NCBI GenBank assembly: GCA_965202985.1
Contig: CBDBCF010000001.1
Span: 1,440,001-1,504,000 of the forward strand
DNA: 64,000 nt
From: Longimicrobiales bacterium
Lineage (GTDB): Bacteria > Gemmatimonadota > Gemmatimonadetes > Longimicrobiales > Gaopeijiaceae
Reading direction: 5' to 3'
Part shown: in pieces, positions 53,624-63,776 of the stretch
How positions within the stretch are numbered: the stretch's first letter is position 1
Layout: every line of letters begins with the position of its first letter
Translations under genes and position numbers: made by a program
Notes under the pieces: model-generated
What the model was told of the DNA's origin: nothing
Seen by the model: the letters and a program-made list of their open reading frames with translations, nothing else
Databases searched by the model: none

Positions 53624-56325
53624 GGGCAGCGGTGGGAGAACGCCGAGTTCGGATCGAAGACCGCCTTCAAGCGGCGATTCAGCAAAGCCGGGACCGGGTC
53701 TGTCTTGGACGAGTCCAGGCGCACAGCCAGGGCAGGCAGTGCTTGGCTGACGGACAGGGAGCCGCCCCGGGCGCGCAGCTCGGCGCAAGCCTCGCCGACC
53801 GCGCCCGCCAGTTGGTCGATCTCTTCGGTTCGCGGCGAACCCTTGACTCGCACCACTCCCCCGGCGGCGTCCGCGCAGAGTTCGCCGTCGTCCAGGAGCG
53901 CCGCCAGTCGCACGGCACGGTTCAAGGTCCGGGCCAGCAACGAAGGCAGGACCGTCATGCGAACCACGAGCGGCGCCGCGTCTTCCCATCGGGTCCGGTC
54001 CTCGTGAAATGCGTCGCTGCAGGCGCCCAAGAGCACCTTCGCGGGTTCGGCACCGACCTGGGCCACGACCCTCTCGTGCAGATTGCCCACCTCCTCTCGG
54101 CCGCCCACGATGCGCACGGCCGCCGCCGGCCTCCCCTCGTCGTCCTGCACCACCTCCACCGCCGCCACTGCCAACGAACTCGTGCACACGGACCGGCTGG
54201 CCTCAACGGCCCGGGCGACGGTCGCACACTGGAACAGCAGGGTTGCGACGGCCTCTGGGCACGGGAACAACCGGATCGACACCTCGGTCACGACCCCCAA
54301 GCTGCCTCGGCTTCCAGCAAGTAACCTCACCAAGTCGAACCCGGCCACGTTCTTGACGACGCGGCCGCCGAAGCGCAGGAGGCGGCCGTCTCCCGCCACG
54401 ACCACCACGCCCAGCACGTTGTCGCGAACGGCGCCGAAGCATCCGCGCAGAGGCCCGGACACGCCCGCGGCCACCAAGCCCCCCAGCGTGCCCTCTCGGC
54501 TTCCCGGCGCGTCCACGGGCAACCATTGACCGTTCGCGGCAACCGTCGCGGCCAGTGCATCCCAGCCCAGCCCAGCCTCCGCCGTCATGGTCAGCTCGGC
54601 TGGGTCGTAGTGCCGAACCCGGTCCATGCGCTGCGTGGAAACCACCACGTCGGCCCGGCGTCCCCAGCCCTCGGCCCACAGCCAACCGCCGCACCCGGCC
54701 GGCGCCACGGAAACGCCCGCTTGGTTCGCCTCCCGCACGGCCGCCCGGAGTTCGTCCACCGACTCGGGAAAGACGACCGTCCGCGCCGGAAAGCCCCCGC
54801 ACCACTCCCGGGCCTCGTCGTCCTTCAAGACCCGCTGCGCGGGGAACAGCTCCAGCACCGCCGACGGCAGCCCCACCGACGAGCGAGCGCGGCTGCGGGA
54901 AGCAGGCGGTTCGGCCGCGGCCGCATCCTCCGGCGCCGTCTCGTCGGGCAGCACCTTGCCGGGGTTCATGCGGCCGTCGGGATCGAACGCACGCCGCGCA
55001 CCCCACATGACCTCGAATTCGCCCGGACCGCAGACCAGGGGCATGTGGTGCTTCTTGTCCAGACCCACGCCGTGCTCGCCGGTGATCGTTCCGCCCGCGT
55101 CGATGCACAGACGCATGATCTCCTTCGACGCCTTCTCGACCTTGGCCAGCTGGTCGGGGTCCCGCCGGTCGAAGAGGATGTTCGGATGCAGGTTGCCGTC
55201 GCCGGCGTGGAAAACGTTGGCCACCACCAAGCCGTACCGCTCCGCCGTTTCCGAGATGCCCTTCAGGACCTCGGGCAGCTTAGTCCGAGGCACGGTGGAG
55301 TCTTGCACCAGCAGGTCGGGTGCGATTCGCCCCATGGCGCCGAACGCCTTCTTGCGGCCCTTCCACAAGGCGACGCGATCCGCTTCGCTCCGGGCGCTTC
55401 TCGTCTCCCGCGCCCCGGCCCGGCGGCAGAGCTCCACTGTCCGCTCCGCCTGTCGGTCCAACCCTGCCTCCGTTCCGTCGAACTCCACGACCAACGCGGC
55501 CTCGGCGTCCACGGGATACCCGGCGGCGTACACGCTGTCCTCGACGGCGCGGATCGTCTGACCGTCGATGATCTCCATGGCGACGGGCAGCAACCCCGCG
55601 CCGACGATGTCGGAAACCGCTTGGCCGGCGTCCTCGATCCGATCGAAGACGGCCAGCAAGGTTCGCACCCCTTCGGCAAACGGCAGGAGCGCGACCTCGA
55701 TCTCCACGGCAACGCCGAAGCAACCCTCCGACCCTACGAAGAGGCCCGTCAGGTCGTACCCCTGCGGCTTTCGCCCGCGTCCACCCAGCAGCGTCGTCGA
55801 GCCGTCCGGCAACACCACCTTCAGGCCCGTGATCCACCGCGAAGTGACGCCGTGCTTGAGGCAGTGGGGCCCGCCCGAGTTCTCGGCCACGTTGCCGCCA
55901 ATTGTGCACGCCGTCTGCGACGACGGGTCGGGCGTGTAGCGAAGGCCGTGGGGCGCGACGGCAACCGACAGGTCGGCGTTGATCACTCCGGGCTGGAGGA
56001 CGGCGCGACGGTTCTCGGGATCGATCTTCAGGATGCGGTTCATCCGGGCCGTCCCCAGGATTACGGCGCGGTTCAGCGCCAGCGCGCCGCCCGACAGGCC
56101 GGTCCCCGCGCCTCGGGGGACCAGCGGCAGGCCATGGTCGGCCACCGCCCTGACGACTCCCTGCACCTCCTCGGTCGTGCGCGGAAGCGCCACCGCGCCG
56201 GGGCGGTGTCGGTATGCGGTCAGTCCGTCGGATTCGTAGGCGAGGAGCCGGTCCTCTTCCAGCACGACGCCCTCCGGGCCGCAGATCTGGGCCAGGACGG
56301 CTGCCAGGGAAGCCGGGATCGCCAT
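53620..56325 (-). CDS. Fused GlcD-GlcE FAD-linked oxidase
   Basis: GlcD part: PRGAGTGLSGG, PDPSS, HAGDGNLH, GEHGVG. GlcE part: GGRVVKNVAGFD, FDP. Both lie in one frame; start at 56325 or 56358. Confidence 0.88.
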   Translation of the reverse strand: MAIPASLAAVLAQICGPEGVVLEEDRLLAYESDGLTAYRHRPGAVALPRTTEEVQGVVRAVADHGLPLVPRGAGTGLSGGALALNRAVILGTARMNRILKIDPENRRAVLQPGVINADLSVAVAPHGLRYTPDPSSQTACTIGGNVAENSGGPHCLKHGVTSRWITGLKVVLPDGSTTLLGGRGRKPQGYDLTGLFVGSEGCFGVAVEIEVALLPFAEGVRTLLAVFDRIEDAGQAVSDIVGAGLLPVAMEIIDGQTIRAVEDSVYAAGYPVDAEAALVVEFDGTEAGLDRQAERTVELCRRAGARETRSARSEADRVALWKGRKKAFGAMGRIAPDLLVQDSTVPRTKLPEVLKGISETAERYGLVVANVFHAGDGNLHPNILFDRRDPDQLAKVEKASKEIMRLCIDAGGTITGEHGVGLDKKHHMPLVCGPGEFEVMWGARRAFDPDGRMNPGKVLPDETAPEDAAAAEPPASRSRARSSVGLPSAVLELFPAQRVLKDDEAREWCGGFPARTVVFPESVDELRAAVREANQAGVSVAPAGCGGWLWAEGWGRRADVVVSTQRMDRVRHYDPAELTMTAEAGLGWDALAATVAANGQWLPVDAPGSREGTLGGLVAAGVSGPLRGCFGAVRDNVLGVVVVAGDGRLLRFGGRVVKNVAGFDLVRLLAGSRGSLGVVTEVSIRLFPCPEAVATLLFQCATVARAVEASRSVCTSSLAVAAVEVVQDDEGRPAAAVRIVGGREEVGNLHERVVAQVGAEPAKVLLGACSDAFHEDRTRWEDAAPLVVRMTVLPSLLARTLNRAVRLAALLDDGELCADAAGGVVRVKGSPRTEEIDQLAGAVGEACAELRARGGSLSVSQALPALAVRLDSSKTDPVPALLNRRLKAVFDPNSAFSHRCP

Positions 56326-56367
56326 GCGGGCGGGGGGCTCCCGGAGACGAGGTGTCATGGGGTCAAG

Positions 56368-57105
56368 CTATTCCGTAGCGGAAAGGTAGTCCAGAATCCC
56401 TTCGACTCCCTTGGCGGCCATGTCGAACACGTCCGGAGGCAATGGTCCGTAGACGCGGGACGCCACGCTGCGGGGGTCGCGCGGGGCACCGGCGGCCAGC
56501 GCTCGGCGCACCTGCTCGATCCGGTTCAGCCGGTGTTCGCGGAAGCGGCCGACGGCCCCTTTCGGGTCGAGGACGGGGTCTCCGTGTCCGGGGTGGAAGA
56601 CGCCGGCGCCCAGCGCTTCCAATCGGTCCAGCGACGCCAAGTAGTCCGCGACGCCTCCGCGGTACTCGCCCACCCACGTGGTGTCTCCCCGGCCCAGGAT
56701 CATGTCGCCCGTGAACACGGCCTGCTGGTTCGGCAGGTGGAAGCAGAAGTGGCGGCGGGCGTGGCCGGGGGTGCTCACGGCCAGCAAGGAGCCCGCGCTG
56801 GTCGGGAAGACTTGGCCGTCGTGCACGGCATCGAGGTCGGCCAGCCGGGCGCCGGTTCGGCGCGCCAGGGCAGGGGCGCCGGCCGCGTGGTCCGCGTGGG
56901 CGTGCGTGACCAGAATCAGCACCGTGTCCGCATCTGCAACGGCTTCGGCCAGGGCGGACAGATGGTTGTCGTCGGAAGGACCGGGGTCGATCACCGCCGC
57001 GGGGCCGCGCCCGCCGCCGACCACGTAGCTCCGGGTGCCGTCGAAGGTGAACGGGCCGGGGTTGGGCGCCAGGAAGCGCCTCACGCTGGTTCTCGGGGGC
57101 CGCAC
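56368..57105 (-). CDS. MBL-fold metallo-hydrolase (LACTB2-like)
   Basis: APNPGPFT.DGT, THAHADH, TPGH, FTGD and PGHG; start approximate. Confidence 0.85.
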   Translation of the reverse strand: MRPPRTSVRRFLAPNPGPFTFDGTRSYVVGGGRGPAAVIDPGPSDDNHLSALAEAVADADTVLILVTHAHADHAAGAPALARRTGARLADLDAVHDGQVFPTSAGSLLAVSTPGHARRHFCFHLPNQQAVFTGDMILGRGDTTWVGEYRGGVADYLASLDRLEALGAGVFHPGHGDPVLDPKGAVGRFREHRLNRIEQVRRALAAGAPRDPRSVASRVYGPLPPDVFDMAAKGVEGILDYLSATE

Positions 57106-57119
57106 CGGGCCGCCCGACG

Positions 57120-57602
57120 TCAGCGGCGTTCGTGTGCGATCTGTTCCGCCAGCTTGTCGGCGATCATCTGGACCGCCGCTTCGTCCTGGTCGTCGAAGGC
57201 CGCCGGCTGGTTCGAGTCGATGTCGATCTGGCCGAAGATCTGATTGCCTGCGCGCACCAGGACCACCAGTTCGGACTTCACGTCGTCGTTGCACGACAGA
57301 TAGCCGTCGAACGCCGACACGTCGGGAATGTTCTGGTTGGCGCCTTGGGCCACGGCGGTGCCGCACACGCCGACTCCGACGGGGATCTTGGCGTGCTCGG
57401 TTCGGGGACCCAAGTAGTTGTGGAGCCAGAGTTCGTCGCCTTCCTCGGTCAAGAGGTAGACGCCGACCCAGTCGTACCGGTCGTCGGCCTTGTGCAAGCT
57501 CCTGACGGCGAAGCGCAGGAGGGCGTCGGAGAGGTGGCCCTCTTCTCTCATTTCCTGGATTTCGTTGATCAGGACACGGGCGTCTATCATGGGATGCGGC
57601 AT
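57120..57602 (-). CDS. GAF-domain protein, free methionine-R-sulfoxide reductase-like
   Basis: WVGVY, GVCG, YLSC, SELVV and IDIDS. Confidence 0.8.
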   Translation of the reverse strand: MPHPMIDARVLINEIQEMREEGHLSDALLRFAVRSLHKADDRYDWVGVYLLTEEGDELWLHNYLGPRTEHAKIPVGVGVCGTAVAQGANQNIPDVSAFDGYLSCNDDVKSELVVLVRAGNQIFGQIDIDSNQPAAFDDQDEAAVQMIADKLAEQIAHERR

Positions 57603-57740
57603 CTCTTGTTGCGGAAGGCCGTCGAGGGCTTGGGAACGGGGCGAATCTATGCGATTCCCCGTTGGCCCGCCAAGTGCCGGGCGGTTGCCCGAGCAGAGAC
57701 ATCGCGACGCGGCTTGGGCGTCCGGCGCGGCGTCACGGCG

Positions 57741-58877
57741 TCAGTTTCGGGTGAAGCGGGTTTCGGCGTCCAGAAGGCGGACGAAGGCGGCCAGCAGGCG
57801 GGCCGCGTGGAACAGGTCGGCAGCGGCCACCGTCTCGCTGGGCGAATGCATGTATCGATTCGGCACCGACACCAGCCCGGTGGGCACGCCGCCCCGCGCC
57901 AAGTGGATGGCGTCGGCGTCGGTGCTGGTGCGCAGCGGCGCGGCTTGGATCGTGTAGGGGATCCCCTCGGCTTCGGCCGCCTGCGCCAGCATCTCGAAGA
58001 CTTGCGGGTGCGTGGACGAGCCACGGGTCAGCACGGGCCCTCCTCCGAGCGCGTGGTCGCCGACCTCGGCCTTCTCCACGCCGGGCACGTCGGTTGCGTG
58101 GGTCACATCCACGACCAGCGCCACATCGGGGGCCAACCCGAAGGCGCTGGTCCGAGCGCCGCCGCCCGAGTAGCCGATCTCCTCCTGGGCCGTCGCGACC
58201 GCCACCGCCCCCGCAACGCAACCCTTGTCGGCCTCGGCCCCGTCCCCGGCCAGCAGACGAAGGGCTTCCAGCACGACGAAGGCCCCGACCCGGTTGTCGA
58301 TGGCGCGGCTTGCGATCCGGTCCCCCGCCAGCCGCACCATGCCCGCGCCCAGCACCGCCGGGTCGCCCACGCGCACGCCCATCTCCGCCAGCTCTTCGCG
58401 GGAAGACGCGCCCACGTCGATCCAGAGCTTGGGCACCTTGGCCGCCTTCTTGCGCTCCTCGGCGTCGATGAGGTGGACGGCCTTGCGGCCCACCACGCCG
58501 GGCACGTCGCCGTCCTTCGCCAGAATCCGCACGCGCTGGCCCACCAGCACCTGGGGATCCCAGCCGCCGATCGTCCCGAAGCGAAGCAGCCCTTCCTCGG
58601 TGGCGTGAGTGACTTGAAGGCCGATCTCGTCGATGTGGCCGGCCAGCAGGGCCAGCGGCCGCGCGTCTTCTTGCCAGGCTGCGTAGCTGTTGCCCACGAC
58701 GTCGGCGCGCACCTCGGCAAAGCCGGAGGCTTCTCGGCGCCACTCCCGGGCCGGGCGCGACTCGAAGCCCGACGGACCGGGAGCGTCCAGCAGGCGCTCC
58801 AGAAACGAAAGGTCCGGGGCGGGGGCGGAGTTCCGGGGCGGGGGTGGCGCTTCGTCGCTGGACCGTTCCCTCGTCAT
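57741..58877 (-). CDS. M42-family metallopeptidase
   Basis: GHIDEIG, DNRVG, QEEIG, TDA and RYMHS; ATGA overlap with fxsA. Confidence 0.9.
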   Translation of the reverse strand: MTRERSSDEAPPPPRNSAPAPDLSFLERLLDAPGPSGFESRPAREWRREASGFAEVRADVVGNSYAAWQEDARPLALLAGHIDEIGLQVTHATEEGLLRFGTIGGWDPQVLVGQRVRILAKDGDVPGVVGRKAVHLIDAEERKKAAKVPKLWIDVGASSREELAEMGVRVGDPAVLGAGMVRLAGDRIASRAIDNRVGAFVVLEALRLLAGDGAEADKGCVAGAVAVATAQEEIGYSGGGARTSAFGLAPDVALVVDVTHATDVPGVEKAEVGDHALGGGPVLTRGSSTHPQVFEMLAQAAEAEGIPYTIQAAPLRTSTDADAIHLARGGVPTGLVSVPNRYMHSPSETVAAADLFHAARLLAAFVRLLDAETRFTRN

Positions 58878-59410
58878 CGCTTTGTTCCCGGTTTGGGCGG
58901 GTGGGTGCCCAGCTCTTGGCGGGTTTCGTTGGCGCGACGGACCTCGGCATCGCGACTCGTTTCGGAGCCGGCGCTTCGGCTTTGGGCGGCGAACCCGTCG
59001 CCCCGGAACCCGTCGCCCCCGAACACGCGGAACTCGACGGCGCCTTCGCGGACGCGTCGCTCGACCAAGCGCCGGAAGCGGGCCTGAATCCAGCGGCGGG
59101 ACCGGGGGACAATGAGGCCGAAGCCGACCGCGTCGGTGAGGATCCCCGGCGTAAGGAGCAGAGCGCCCCCTGCCAAGATCGAGACGCCGTCCAAGAGGGC
59201 GCCGCCGGGCAGTCGTCCCGCAGCCAGCTCTCGTTGCACGGCCATGTACGCGCGAAGCCCCTGCTGTCGAGCCAGTGCGGCGCCGGCCAGCCCGGTCGCC
59301 ACCACCATGGCCACCGTCGGCCCTGCGCCGATCCATTGCCCCACTTGAAGGAGCAGCGCGAGTTCCAGCAGAGGAACGGTCACGAAGATCAGGATCAGAC
59401 GGCTCAGCAC
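58874..59410 (-). CDS. fxsA: FxsA-family membrane protein
   Basis: VPLLEL..IG..ARQQG..LLTPGILTD. Confidence 0.88.
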   Translation of the reverse strand: MLSRLILIFVTVPLLELALLLQVGQWIGAGPTVAMVVATGLAGAALARQQGLRAYMAVQRELAAGRLPGGALLDGVSILAGGALLLTPGILTDAVGFGLIVPRSRRWIQARFRRLVERRVREGAVEFRVFGGDGFRGDGFAAQSRSAGSETSRDAEVRRANETRQELGTHPPKPGTKR

Positions 59411-59508
59411 GGCGAAGCCTCCCGGCAGGTCTGGGACACGCGACGAGCAACTAACGTATATCTTTCCGCCAGCGGCAGGTTCCCCAAGCTCTTCAAAGGA
59501 GACGCCCG

Positions 59509-60819
59509 ATGACGACCCCCAGGAGGCTCGCCGCGATCTCGCCCGGCCGGGTTTCGACCGCCGGAGGCGCTCCGTCCGATCCCGGACGCCCGTCGTCCGC
59601 TCGGTCCGCCAAGCAGACGTACTTCCGAAAGGGCTTCGGCCTCAAGAAGACGATTCGGCCACTCGTCGATTCCGAGTACCAGTCCGCGTTGGTCGAGCGC
59701 ATCCGATCCCGGGGCTACGAGGACCGCTTCGGCGACGTGCGCGTCCGGCTGGCCAAGGAGTTCGGCTTCTGCTACGGCGTGGACCGGGCCGTGGACTACG
59801 CCTACGAGACTCGTCACAAGTTCCCCGACAAGCGCATCTACCTGGTCGGCGAGATCATTCACAACCCCCACGTGAACCAGCGGCTTCGCGAGATGGGGAT
59901 CGAGTTCATCTACCCCGACCCCGGAAAGGGGTTCGACTTCGGGCATGTGACCGCGGAAGACGTGGTGATCATTCCGGCGTTCGGCGTCACCTTGAGGGAC
60001 ATGGAGGCGTTGCGGACGATCGGCTGCGTGCTCGTGGACACGACGTGCGGGTCCGTGCTGCTGGTGTGGAAGCGGGTGGAGAGCTACGCCCGAGACGGCT
60101 TCACGGCGGTGATCCACGGCAAGCACCAGCACGAGGAATCGAGGGCCACGGCCAGCCAGGTGGACCGTCACGAAGGGGGCAAGTATCTGGTTCTGCGTAA
60201 CATGGAAGAGGCCGAAGCGGTGGGCGCCTACATGACGCGAGCGCCGGGCCGGCTGGGGCGCCGGCAGTTCTTGCGCCTCTTCGAGAATCGCACGTCGCCC
60301 GGCTTCGACCCGGACCGGGACCTGCAGAGGATCGGCGTGGCCAACCAGACGACCATGCTGGCCAGCGAGTCGATGGCGATCGGCGCGCGTCTGCGCGAGA
60401 TGATGGCGGAGGCCAAGGGCGAGGACCACGCCGCCGAGCACTTCCGTTCGTTCGGCACAATCTGCTCGGCCACGCAGGAGCGCCAGGACGCGGTCATGGA
60501 GATGATGCGGAACCCGCCCGACGTCATGATCGTCCTGGGCGGCTACAACTCGTCGAACACGAACCACTTGGCCCACCTTTGCCGGCAGTACGCTCCGACC
60601 TTCCACGTCGAGGACGCCGCGTGCATAGACGTGGACGACGGCACGGTTCGGCACAAGCCCGTCCTGGACGCCGACGCGGCGGAGGTGCGGCAGCGGGACT
60701 GGCTGCCCGCAGCACCGTTCGAGCTGGGGATCACGGCCGGCGCATCCACGCCCAACAACAAGATCGGCGAGGCCGTGCTCCGGATTTTGGAGATTCGAGG
60801 GATCGAAGCGGAGCTGTAA
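59509..60819 (+). CDS. ispH: 4-hydroxy-3-methylbut-2-enyl diphosphate reductase (long form)
   Basis: FGFCYGV, IIHNP, DTTC, NQTTM, TICSATQERQ, SSNT and TAGASTP. Confidence 0.93.
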   Translation: MTTPRRLAAISPGRVSTAGGAPSDPGRPSSARSAKQTYFRKGFGLKKTIRPLVDSEYQSALVERIRSRGYEDRFGDVRVRLAKEFGFCYGVDRAVDYAYETRHKFPDKRIYLVGEIIHNPHVNQRLREMGIEFIYPDPGKGFDFGHVTAEDVVIIPAFGVTLRDMEALRTIGCVLVDTTCGSVLLVWKRVESYARDGFTAVIHGKHQHEESRATASQVDRHEGGKYLVLRNMEEAEAVGAYMTRAPGRLGRRQFLRLFENRTSPGFDPDRDLQRIGVANQTTMLASESMAIGARLREMMAEAKGEDHAAEHFRSFGTICSATQERQDAVMEMMRNPPDVMIVLGGYNSSNTNHLAHLCRQYAPTFHVEDAACIDVDDGTVRHKPVLDADAAEVRQRDWLPAAPFELGITAGASTPNNKIGEAVLRILEIRGIEAEL

Positions 60820-60847
60820 GTCTCGGCCGCTCGGCCGTCGGTTCCGT

Positions 60848-62272
60848 TTAGATGTGGAGCGCCCGACCGAGGGCGGCGAGCGCGCCTTCGGCCACGGCCT
60901 CCGACAGGGTCGGATGCGGGTGCATGGCGCGGTCGATCTCTTCCACGGTGGACTCCAGGTGCCGGGCTACGACGAACTCGCCGATCAGCTCGGTGGCGTG
61001 GGGGCCGACCACGTGCGCGCCCACGACCTCCGAGTAGCGCTTGTCGCGGACGACCTTGACGAAGCCTTCGGGCGTGCCGCCGGCCGCTAAGGCGCGACCG
61101 TTTCCCACCCAGGGGAACTGGCCGACTTCGATCTCCAGCCCCTTGTCCCGGGCCTGCTCCTCGGTGAGCCCGACCGACGCCACCTCCGGGTTGCAGTAGG
61201 TGCAGTTGGGCACGTTGCCGTAGTCCACCGTGTGCTCCCCGACCCCGGCGATGTGCTCGGCGGCCACCACGCCCTCGTGCATGCCTTTGTGGGCCAGCAG
61301 CGGCGGTCCGGCGCAGTCGCCCACGGCCCAGACGCCGGGCACGTTGGTCCGCATGGCCGAGTCCACGGCCACGAAGCCGCCCTCCGCCGTGGTCTCGACG
61401 CCCGCAGCTTCCAGTCCCAAGTCTTCCGTGTTGGGAACGCGCCCGACGGCCGACAAGACGTATTCCACGTCCAGCTTGCGGGCCTTGCCCTTGGCGTCGG
61501 CGAAGGCGATCGACACGCCGTCCGCCGTGGCGTTCGTCTCTTCCACGCGCGCACCGGCGAAGATCTCCACGCCCCGCTTCTTGAAGCTCCTCGCCACGGT
61601 CTTGGACGAGTCGGCGTCCTCCAGCGGCAGCACCCGGTCCAGCGCCTCGATGACGGTCACCTTGGCACCGTAGGCGTTGTAGATGTCGGCAAACTCCATG
61701 CCCACGGCGCCGGCGCCGACGACGGCCAGCGAGGCCGGGGCCTTCTCCTGAAAGAGCGCGCCCGTGGAGGACCAGATGCGCTCCTCGTCGATCTCCAGGA
61801 ACGGCAAGTTGCGCGGTCGGGACCCCGTGGCCACCACGATGTCGCCCGCGGACAGAACGCGCTTGCCGCCGTCCTTCTCCACCTCCACGGCCCCGCCGCC
61901 CAGCAGCCTGCCGTACCCGTCCACGTGAACGACGCCGTTCTTCTTGAACAGGAACGCGACCCCCTTGGACAGCCGCTCGGCCACGCTTCGGCTTCGGGTT
62001 TGGGCGGGTCCCAGGTCGGTCGAAAAGCCGTCCAGGACGATGCCGTGGCCGCCGGCGTGCGCCAGTTCGTTGATCAGGAGCGCGCTGCTGAGGAGCGCCT
62101 TCGTGGGAATGCAACCCACGTTCAAGCACACGCCGCCCAGCTTGTCGGCCTCGACGCAGGCCGCGCGCAGGCCCAGCTGGGCCGCCCGGATCGCGGCGAC
62201 GTAGCCGCCGGGGCCGCCGCCGACCACCACTACGTCGAAGGCGTTCTGCTCGTCCGTCGTGTCGTTGTTCAT
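60848..62272 (-). CDS. lpdA: Dihydrolipoyl dehydrogenase
   Basis: GGGPGG, CLNVGCIP and HPHPTLSE. Confidence 0.95.
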   Translation of the reverse strand: MNNDTTDEQNAFDVVVVGGGPGGYVAAIRAAQLGLRAACVEADKLGGVCLNVGCIPTKALLSSALLINELAHAGGHGIVLDGFSTDLGPAQTRSRSVAERLSKGVAFLFKKNGVVHVDGYGRLLGGGAVEVEKDGGKRVLSAGDIVVATGSRPRNLPFLEIDEERIWSSTGALFQEKAPASLAVVGAGAVGMEFADIYNAYGAKVTVIEALDRVLPLEDADSSKTVARSFKKRGVEIFAGARVEETNATADGVSIAFADAKGKARKLDVEYVLSAVGRVPNTEDLGLEAAGVETTAEGGFVAVDSAMRTNVPGVWAVGDCAGPPLLAHKGMHEGVVAAEHIAGVGEHTVDYGNVPNCTYCNPEVASVGLTEEQARDKGLEIEVGQFPWVGNGRALAAGGTPEGFVKVVRDKRYSEVVGAHVVGPHATELIGEFVVARHLESTVEEIDRAMHPHPTLSEAVAEGALAALGRALHI

Positions 62273-62309
62273 GTTCGTTGCTCGCGTCGGTCCGTTGCTC
62301 GGGTTCGGT

Positions 62310-63776
62310 TCAGGGAGAAGGCGGGTCGTCGCGGTAGACTTGGCCGCCCTTCATGACCCAGTGCACGCGCTCCAGGAGCGCGATCTCCTCCAAGGGGTTT
62401 CCGGGGACCGCGATCACGTCGGCGTACTTGCCGGGTTCCAGCGAGCCGACTTGGTCTTCCCAGCCCATGATCGCGGCCGACACGCTGGTGGCGGAAACGA
62501 TGGCGTCCATTTCGCTCTCGCCGAGCTCCACGCGCACCTGGAACTCGCGCGCGTTGTGGCCGTGGGGGAAGACGCCGGCGTCGGTGCCGAAGCCGATCCG
62601 CAAGCCCGCGGCCAGCGCTCGGCGGAAGGAAGCGCCGCGGTGGCGCATCATCTGGGTGGAGCGCTCGATCTGGGCCGGCGGGACCCCCAGCGCCGCCCCG
62701 TCGCGGGGAACGATCACGCCCACGTACAGGGTGGGCACGTAGTAGGCGAAGTCGCTTTCCTGCAGCATGCGCACTGCTTCGTCGTCCAGCATGGAGCCGT
62801 GGTCGATCGTGCGGACGCCGGCTCGGAGCGCGGCCTTGATGCCCTCGGTTCCGTGGGCGTGGGCGGCCACGAATCGGCCCCACCGCGTGGCTTCCTCGAC
62901 CGCCGTGGCGAGTTCGGCGTCGGAGTACTGCTGAGCGCCCGGGGGCACGCCCTGCGACAGGACGGCGCCCGTGGCCAGGATCTTGGCGAAGTCGGCACCG
63001 TGCTTGAAGTTGGTGCGCACGGCGGCGCGCACCTGATCCACGCCGTCCGCCAAGTTCCGCACCGTGGGAACGTCCACGTAGATGGAGAACTGGCGGGCGT
63101 CTCCCGCGCCCCCGGTGGCCGAGACGTAGTTGCCCGCCACCTGCATTCGGGGGCCGGGCAGGACGCCCGCGGCGATCAGGTCGCGCAGGTCCACGTCGGT
63201 GTACGGCCAAGTCGGCCCCATGTCCCGCACGGTGGTGAAGCCGGCTCGGAGCGTGACGAGGGCGTTCGCCGCGCCGTGGAGCGCAGCCCGCGCCGGCGTG
63301 GTCGCGACCAGCACGTCCTCCCAGTGAAGCCCCACCGAGTCGGTCAGGTGCGTGTGCAGGTCGATCAGGCCAGGCAGGATAGTGGCGTCGCCCAGGTCCA
63401 CGACGGCGTCCGCTTGGGCGCCCGTCGCCTCCGTTCCCACGGCGACGATGCGATCTCCCTGCACCAGCACGACGCCTGGTTCGAGCAGCGTGCCCTTGCC
63501 GTCCAGCAGACGCGCCGCCCGGACGAGGGTGCTGCTCTGCGACGTGGCGGACGTCTGGGCTGCGCCGCCCGGCAGCCCGTCGGCAAGGCCGGCAGGGCCG
63601 GTCCGCGCGGACAGCGGAGCAGCGACGAACGCCGCGGTCAGCGCGCAGCACGCGACCCGGGCCAAGCAAGACGGCTTCGCTCCGGCGCGGCGACGCCCCG
63701 ATCGGCCGCGCCCCTGCGCCACCGTGCGCTTTCCCGTCCCTGCGTGTTGCGACCTCGTCGCGGTCGGACTACGCAA
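62310..63776 (-). CDS. Amidohydrolase-family protein (Xaa-Pro dipeptidase-like), probably exported; start uncertain
   Basis: PGLIDLHTH, GFTTVRD, AHAHG, IDHG, FGTDAG and GKYAD. Confidence 0.85.
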   Translation of the reverse strand: MRSPTATRSQHAGTGKRTVAQGRGRSGRRRAGAKPSCLARVACCALTAAFVAAPLSARTGPAGLADGLPGGAAQTSATSQSSTLVRAARLLDGKGTLLEPGVVLVQGDRIVAVGTEATGAQADAVVDLGDATILPGLIDLHTHLTDSVGLHWEDVLVATTPARAALHGAANALVTLRAGFTTVRDMGPTWPYTDVDLRDLIAAGVLPGPRMQVAGNYVSATGGAGDARQFSIYVDVPTVRNLADGVDQVRAAVRTNFKHGADFAKILATGAVLSQGVPPGAQQYSDAELATAVEEATRWGRFVAAHAHGTEGIKAALRAGVRTIDHGSMLDDEAVRMLQESDFAYYVPTLYVGVIVPRDGAALGVPPAQIERSTQMMRHRGASFRRALAAGLRIGFGTDAGVFPHGHNAREFQVRVELGESEMDAIVSATSVSAAIMGWEDQVGSLEPGKYADVIAVPGNPLEEIALLERVHWVMKGGQVYRDDPPSP

